This document shows positions 57,425-62,449 of a stretch of 62,449 nt of DNA, one piece after another. The stretch lies in the IMG/VR virus record IMGVR_UViG_3300030107_001678, positions 1-62,449 of that record, one strand, 5' to 3'. A program made the position numbers and the translations under genes. Position 1 is the first letter of the stretch; every line of letters begins with the position of its first letter. Under the pieces are notes generated by a model. It searched no databases. It was not told the DNA's origin and saw only the letters and a list, made by a program, of their open reading frames with translations. Source of the stretch: a virus. Lineage: Duplodnaviria; Caudoviricetes.

Positions 57425-59295
57425 TATCTTCTACCATCAGGTTGTATTGCAAGTCTAATAGATCCCCATCTCCAACTTGTTCCTGCAGCATTACACGATA
57501 CTCTTACTCTCCCCTGTCTTCCTCGTGCTCTTAAATCTATTTTTGTTGTATCTTCTGTTACTGTATGTGGTGGATTTGGTTTTTCTCTAGATGTTCCACT
57601 TTCAGGAAAGTCTTTTGTCTTAATAGAAAAACTTAATGATCCATCACTAATTGTAAAATCAGGTATAACTCTACTTAAAAACATTATATCATTACCATCT
57701 TGTATATCAAAATCTGCTGATTCAATAAAGGATGATATAGCTACACCATCTGCTGTATAAACTCCATTAGGTTCATTATTATATAAATAATTTTTATCTC
57801 CACTTATACCTGTTGTAATTGTATTTCCAAATACAGTTTTATCTGCAAAGGTTGTAAAAATACCTGAACCATATGTCCAATAGTTTTCATCAGGAGACCA
57901 TATAACATAACTATCACATTCAGTAGAATTAGTAGAAGGATATAACCAAATAATTTCTTTAAATTGTGAGTTTATTCCACAAAATATTTTATCTTTTTGA
58001 TCTACATTTAATCTATCAAATATATATCTTCTAACTGTACAAGGTAAACTTCGTACTTGTCCATCAAACATATAGAAATTATCATATCCCATCCATACTG
58101 CTCGACCATCATAATCTACTGCTGCATGTTGTGCTATTAATCCACAATTAGTTCCTAGTTGTTGTAGTCTAAATATAAAAGGTGGACCTACAAAAGTCAT
58201 AGACCATAAAGAATTATCAGTCCATATATTAATAGCATTACGAGATCTTACTCCACCTACAATTTTTGTACCATCAGCAACAACAACTTCACCAGAGGTA
58301 GAACTTACAGAAGGAACCCAATTTGTATAATCTTCTTGATCACTCCATCTAATAGTCATAGGATCATAAGTTCCTGTAGGTGATGCAGTTGTATTAAATG
58401 AATTACTTCCTAAAGCAATTAAATGTCTATCATTAGGAGATACAATAACACTATCAACAGTTGTAGGTGTTGAATTAGTAGCACCTGAAACTAATGTAGC
58501 TCTTAATGGTGTTGTTGAAGCATCTGCATCCCAATAATAAATAGATCCTTTTCTTCTATTTGCTACAACATCTTCACCCCAATTATCTAAACTCCATTGT
58601 GTTATCTCACTTGAGAAATCACTAGCACCTGCAGAAGTTGGTTGATTCCATGCTCTTGTTTCTGATGCACATACAGTTGCTTGATAAGATGCAGCACCAT
58701 ATCCTAAACCTGTAACAGCATTTGATACACCAGTTGATAATAAATAATGTATTGTTCCACCACCTGAAGATGATTGAGCAACACTTGCTGTTGCTGTTAC
58801 ATCTATTGCTAATGTATTCGCATTAATAACACTTACTGCATAGGTATTAGTACCTAATAATATATTTCCACCTATAGTTGTAGGACTTAAACTTGTAAAA
58901 AATATCCAGTCACCAGTTTGTCTACCATGAGCAGTAGCAGAAATTGTTACAACATTTGCACTTAACGCTACAGAAAAAGCATTTGCTAAAGTTGTAGATG
59001 CTGATACAGGTGTAACATCAAATATTTCATCACCATTATGCTGATACAATTTTTGAGCTGTACCAAACATAGCTCTTTTAAATTGATCATTATCTGACCA
59101 TGTTATTAAATCTCTTCCAGCTCCATTAAATGATGCAGATACTTTTGTTTCATAACCACCAATATTTTCTGGCTTACCTGCACGAAATCTAACTTTATCT
59201 ACATCATACCAAGAATTTTCTTCAGCATACTGAGTTGATTCTCGTTTGACACCAGCTTCAAAATCAAGTTTTACGAGTTTAGAACTTGTTGACAT
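57424..59295 (-). CDS. Tail tubular/nozzle (P22 gp10-like) protein
   Basis: DKVRFR, WSLDNWGEDV, IRWSDQE, ESADFD, RARGRQ. Confidence 0.65.
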   Translation of the reverse strand: MSTSSKLVKLDFEAGVKRESTQYAEENSWYDVDKVRFRAGKPENIGGYETKVSASFNGAGRDLITWSDNDQFKRAMFGTAQKLYQHNGDEIFDVTPVSASTTLANAFSVALSANVVTISATAHGRQTGDWIFFTSLSPTTIGGNILLGTNTYAVSVINANTLAIDVTATASVAQSSSGGGTIHYLLSTGVSNAVTGLGYGAASYQATVCASETRAWNQPTSAGASDFSSEITQWSLDNWGEDVVANRRKGSIYYWDADASTTPLRATLVSGATNSTPTTVDSVIVSPNDRHLIALGSNSFNTTASPTGTYDPMTIRWSDQEDYTNWVPSVSSTSGEVVVADGTKIVGGVRSRNAINIWTDNSLWSMTFVGPPFIFRLQQLGTNCGLIAQHAAVDYDGRAVWMGYDNFYMFDGQVRSLPCTVRRYIFDRLNVDQKDKIFCGINSQFKEIIWLYPSTNSTECDSYVIWSPDENYWTYGSGIFTTFADKTVFGNTITTGISGDKNYLYNNEPNGVYTADGVAISSFIESADFDIQDGNDIMFLSRVIPDFTISDGSLSFSIKTKDFPESGTSREKPNPPHTVTEDTTKIDLRARGRQGRVRVSCNAAGTSWRWGSIRLAIQPDGRR

Positions 59296-59300
59296 ATATT

Positions 59301-60224
59301 TTACCTATCAAAGTTTTTTAATAAAGCTGCATCTATTGTTGTTGCACTCCTTGCTATATAACAAAGTATATCAACATCACTTGCTCCTGTACTTAATGTA
59401 GGAACTGTTGCAGATACAAATTGCCATGCTGTATTATATCCTAAAGTTCTACTTCCTGTACCATCTTGAATAACATGTATAGTTCCACTCTGTCCTGCTG
59501 TACAATTTGCAGGAGCTTTTAATGTTCTATTACCTCCAAGAGTAACAACAAAGTTATTTCCTAATGCAAAGTTTACACTTACACATGCTGCATCAGTTAC
59601 TGTTACCATAGCACTATAAGCTCTAGCTGATGTTCCTATTTTTAAAGAACCTGCTTCATATGTTATATTACCTCTTATAGTTGTATCTGTTGTTACAGAA
59701 GTTCTAACATATCGTAAATCTGCTGCTGAAACTTCTGGTACATTAGAAGCACATACTCCTATATCTGCTGAAGCTGCTGTACCTAATCCTAATCCTTTAG
59801 CATTAGTAGGATATACAGAAGTACCATCACAAACAACTAAACCTACTGCACCAAAAGGAATATTATATCCATCTCCAGAAGCTGTTTTAATTTTAACTAT
59901 ATCAGATGCAGTTGTATTTGCTGATACAACATTATTAATTACATATGATTTAGAATTAGCAGGTATAATAAGTGATATAGTATTATTAGTACCACCTACA
60001 GAACCTTTAACTTCTAAAAAAGCTGCACGAGGTACATCACTAGCACCATTAACTGCTGATAAAGTTACAGTTGCATTTGCTCCTATTTCAACTGTTGTAT
60101 AACCTGCTATGGCATCATCAACTAAACTGATAACACCATCATTTAAAACTGTACCCCAAGAATTAGGATTATCTCCATCTCCTTGTTTTGTCAGTCTTAT
60201 TCTACTTGTGTATGTTGATGCCAT
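59301..60224 (-). CDS. Tail fibre/spike protein
   Basis: N-terminal GDNPNSWG..N; C-terminal GQSG.I..QDGTGSRTL domain. Confidence 0.6.
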   Translation of the reverse strand: MASTYTSRIRLTKQGDGDNPNSWGTVLNDGVISLVDDAIAGYTTVEIGANATVTLSAVNGASDVPRAAFLEVKGSVGGTNNTISLIIPANSKSYVINNVVSANTTASDIVKIKTASGDGYNIPFGAVGLVVCDGTSVYPTNAKGLGLGTAASADIGVCASNVPEVSAADLRYVRTSVTTDTTIRGNITYEAGSLKIGTSARAYSAMVTVTDAACVSVNFALGNNFVVTLGGNRTLKAPANCTAGQSGTIHVIQDGTGSRTLGYNTAWQFVSATVPTLSTGASDVDILCYIARSATTIDAALLKNFDR

Positions 60225-60233
60225 TATGTACTC

Positions 60234-60572
60234 CTATTGTATTGTTTCTACTTTACTATCTATATCATAGTTGGCTCCACTATGATCTGCTCCTATTAAA
60301 GCACAGGAAAATCTTTCTCCATTTGTTATTACGATTGTCCATGCTCCATTATTATTATTAACGAATAATTCTATAAGTTCATTATCACTATTTACTGCCC
60401 ACCATTTACGTGCTTCACCATGTTCTTTTTTTAAATTGCCTGTAAGTTCATCATGTGTTGCACATAATAAAGTTTTCATATAAGTTCTTGTTTGTACATC
60501 TATATCTTGAGCTTTTACATTTACTATAAAACTTAATAATCCTGCTATTATTCCTACGATAATATATTTCAT
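60234..60572 (-). CDS. Secreted hypothetical protein
   Basis: Signal peptide; ELFVN..WTIV..C. Confidence 0.5.
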   Translation of the reverse strand: MKYIIVGIIAGLLSFIVNVKAQDIDVQTRTYMKTLLCATHDELTGNLKKEHGEARKWWAVNSDNELIELFVNNNNGAWTIVITNGERFSCALIGADHSGANYDIDSKVETIQ

Positions 60573-60573
60573 A

Positions 60574-61197
60574 TTATGTTCCTAATTCTGTCCAACGATT
60601 AACTCTAGCTACTACATCTACTGTTCCATCTGCTTTATAAGTATCAGTATGTAATGCTATAAATGCATTCATATCTGCTGCATTAGTTATTGCTGTTTCT
60701 ATATCAGTTGCATCAGAACGTATTGCATTTCTCCATGTTTGTATATTAGATGGTATTGCTGTTCCTGCATCTGCTTTACGTATTATATACCAATCTGTTT
60801 GTGATAAAAATCCTTCTTGCTGTTTTTTAACTTTTTGTATAGCATTATGTTTTAATCCATAATTAATAACTTGATTACCATCTTTATCTTTTAATTTATT
60901 TCCATCTTCATCTGTTGCATCTTCATTTTCTAATTTTCTATCAGCAGCTTTAACTCCAATAGTTCTTATTACACTATTACCATCTCCTGCTATTGCATCT
61001 GAATGATTTTTTTCTATATAATAATTAGTATCAAGATGTGATCCTGAAATAACTACAGGTACAATACCTAAATCTTTACGTTGTGCATCTGTCCATATTG
61101 TAAATATTTGAGAAGAATAACGTACATTATTTAATACTATAGATTGTTTTCTATCATAGTATTCTACTATTTTATTACTTTCTATTCGTGCCCACAT
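60574..61197 (-). CDS. Tail fibre-associated/assembly chaperone-like protein, copy B
   Basis: LSQTDWYIIRK..WRNAIR; paralog of 1..628. Confidence 0.7.
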   Translation of the reverse strand: MWARIESNKIVEYYDRKQSIVLNNVRYSSQIFTIWTDAQRKDLGIVPVVISGSHLDTNYYIEKNHSDAIAGDGNSVIRTIGVKAADRKLENEDATDEDGNKLKDKDGNQVINYGLKHNAIQKVKKQQEGFLSQTDWYIIRKADAGTAIPSNIQTWRNAIRSDATDIETAITNAADMNAFIALHTDTYKADGTVDVVARVNRWTELGT

Positions 61198-61206
61198 ATT
61201 TTATTC

Positions 61207-62449
61207 CTATCTTGCTGTTGCGTATTTAAATGGATTTTTTGCCATAGCAAAGTAGATATAATTTCCACTACCAGCATTTCCAGTTGCATTTGATGTTCTT
61301 AATTTGAACCCATTGGAAAGTATATCTATTGCTCTTGATGCTTGATTTTCTTCAGCAGCAGTTAAATCTGGATATAAAACTGCATTACCTGATGAATCTA
61401 AATTATAACCTACTCTTTTATTATCATATATTAACCAGTTATCTACTACTAATTCTTTAACTATAATCATTGCAGGTCTAAATCCAGTATAGACAAATGT
61501 ACCATCATTATCACCATTTCCAACATATGTACCTGATTTAATATAACCTTCACAATTTGCAAAACAATAAACAATTATACTTTCACCTGAACCATTATTA
61601 TTATTACCATCTACTGTAAATACAGTTGAAGTAGGCATAACTCCTCCCCAACCTTTATATGATTGATTTGTATAAAGTGCAGCATTTGAATTTAAAACTA
61701 ATGAATTACTAGCAGCATTAGAACCACCTATAGTTGCACCTCCATAATCACTAAAAAATACAGACCATTCATCAGCTTTATCATAATTTTTTAATATCAT
61801 ACAAGTTGGAGCAGAACTTAATCCATGTCCTATAGTTTCTGCATTACTCCATGAATCATTTTGTCCTTCAAATTTTACAATAGAAAAATGTCCAGATGGA
61901 TCAACTTGTACTGTAGAATTTGTTGAACCATTACTATTTGTAGATGTTGTTCCACCATTTGCTCTCCATGACCAACCAACATAAGTTCCTGTACCATTCA
62001 TACCATCTGTATAATTAGTAGGATAAGTTGTATCTGTAGCAAATGTACTACCCATATCTCCATTACTAGATTTATCTGTACTAGCAGTTGTTTCATTTGG
62101 TGCTAACATATAATTAGGACCTCTTGTTGAATCTCTTAATACATGCCTTTGTGATGTACTTCTACTTTTTGTCCATACAACATCAGGTTTAAAACCTAAT
62201 CCATGCGTTATTTGTGCAACACCACTACTACTTAAAGTGCCAGTATACAAATTAGTACCAAACAATTTCTGTGGATAATCATCATCAGTTTGTGCAGGAT
62301 CAACTTCATCTACTACTGGTTGATTACCAGAACATAATGCTAAAAATCCTGAAGGCACAGAATATTTAAAGTTACCATAACCTGTTCCATCACTATTTCC
62401 ACCTGCTGTAACATTTCCAGCAAAAGTACCATCTTGTCCAAAATTAAGA
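61207..62449 (-). CDS. Tail fibre/receptor-binding protein copy B (5' end truncated)
   Basis: Frame open to the window edge; paralog of the 639..3098 C-terminal half; same NPFKYATAR end. Confidence 0.8.
   Translation of the reverse strand, partial: LNFGQDGTFAGNVTAGGNSDGTGYGNFKYSVPSGFLALCSGNQPVVDEVDPAQTDDDYPQKLFGTNLYTGTLSSSGVAQITHGLGFKPDVVWTKSRSTSQRHVLRDSTRGPNYMLAPNETTASTDKSSNGDMGSTFATDTTYPTNYTDGMNGTGTYVGWSWRANGGTTSTNSNGSTNSTVQVDPSGHFSIVKFEGQNDSWSNAETIGHGLSSAPTCMILKNYDKADEWSVFFSDYGGATIGGSNAASNSLVLNSNAALYTNQSYKGWGGVMPTSTVFTVDGNNNNGSGESIIVYCFANCEGYIKSGTYVGNGDNDGTFVYTGFRPAMIIVKELVVDNWLIYDNKRVGYNLDSSGNAVLYPDLTAAEENQASRAIDILSNGFKLRTSNATGNAGSGNYIYFAMAKNPFKYATAR

Noticed and set aside
62266-62449. 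Diversity-generating retroelement TR/VR pair or terminal repeat
   Set aside because: No reverse transcriptase is present, differences are not adenine-restricted, and the match is to an internal paralogous gene, not to position 1.

Overview
Near-complete genome of an AT-rich, apparently lytic tailed dsDNA phage with podovirus-like architecture. The host is probably a marine alphaproteobacterium (inferred from a PqqA peptide, IscA, class II RNR and a SleB-type hydrolase). The window looks circularly permuted and is broken inside duplicated tail-fibre/chaperone cassettes. The minus-strand arm (about 1-21.2 kb and 43.9-62.4 kb) holds morphogenesis genes: TerL, portal, GroES, scaffold, capsid, adaptors, fibres and ejection proteins. 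The plus-strand arm (23.6-43.9 kb) holds small early genes, a T7-like primase-helicase and Pol A, SSB, nucleases, class II RNR, Hsp20, a glycosyl/methyltransferase module and TerS. I found no RNA polymerase, integrase, tRNA or CRISPR array. The most striking signal is three tandem genes between TerL and portal. They share N- and C-terminal peptide tags and DNA junction repeats but carry unrelated payloads (ADP-ribosyltransferase-like, GNAT, unknown). Their C-terminal [KR]xxGGx[IVML] tag also recurs in ejection proteins and small basic proteins, which suggests a swappable, virion-loaded effector system. Also notable: an unannotated 24-aa PqqA, a ROSE-like thermometer on hsp20, and an array of LysR-type palindromes. 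All family calls come from motifs recognised by eye, not from database searches.
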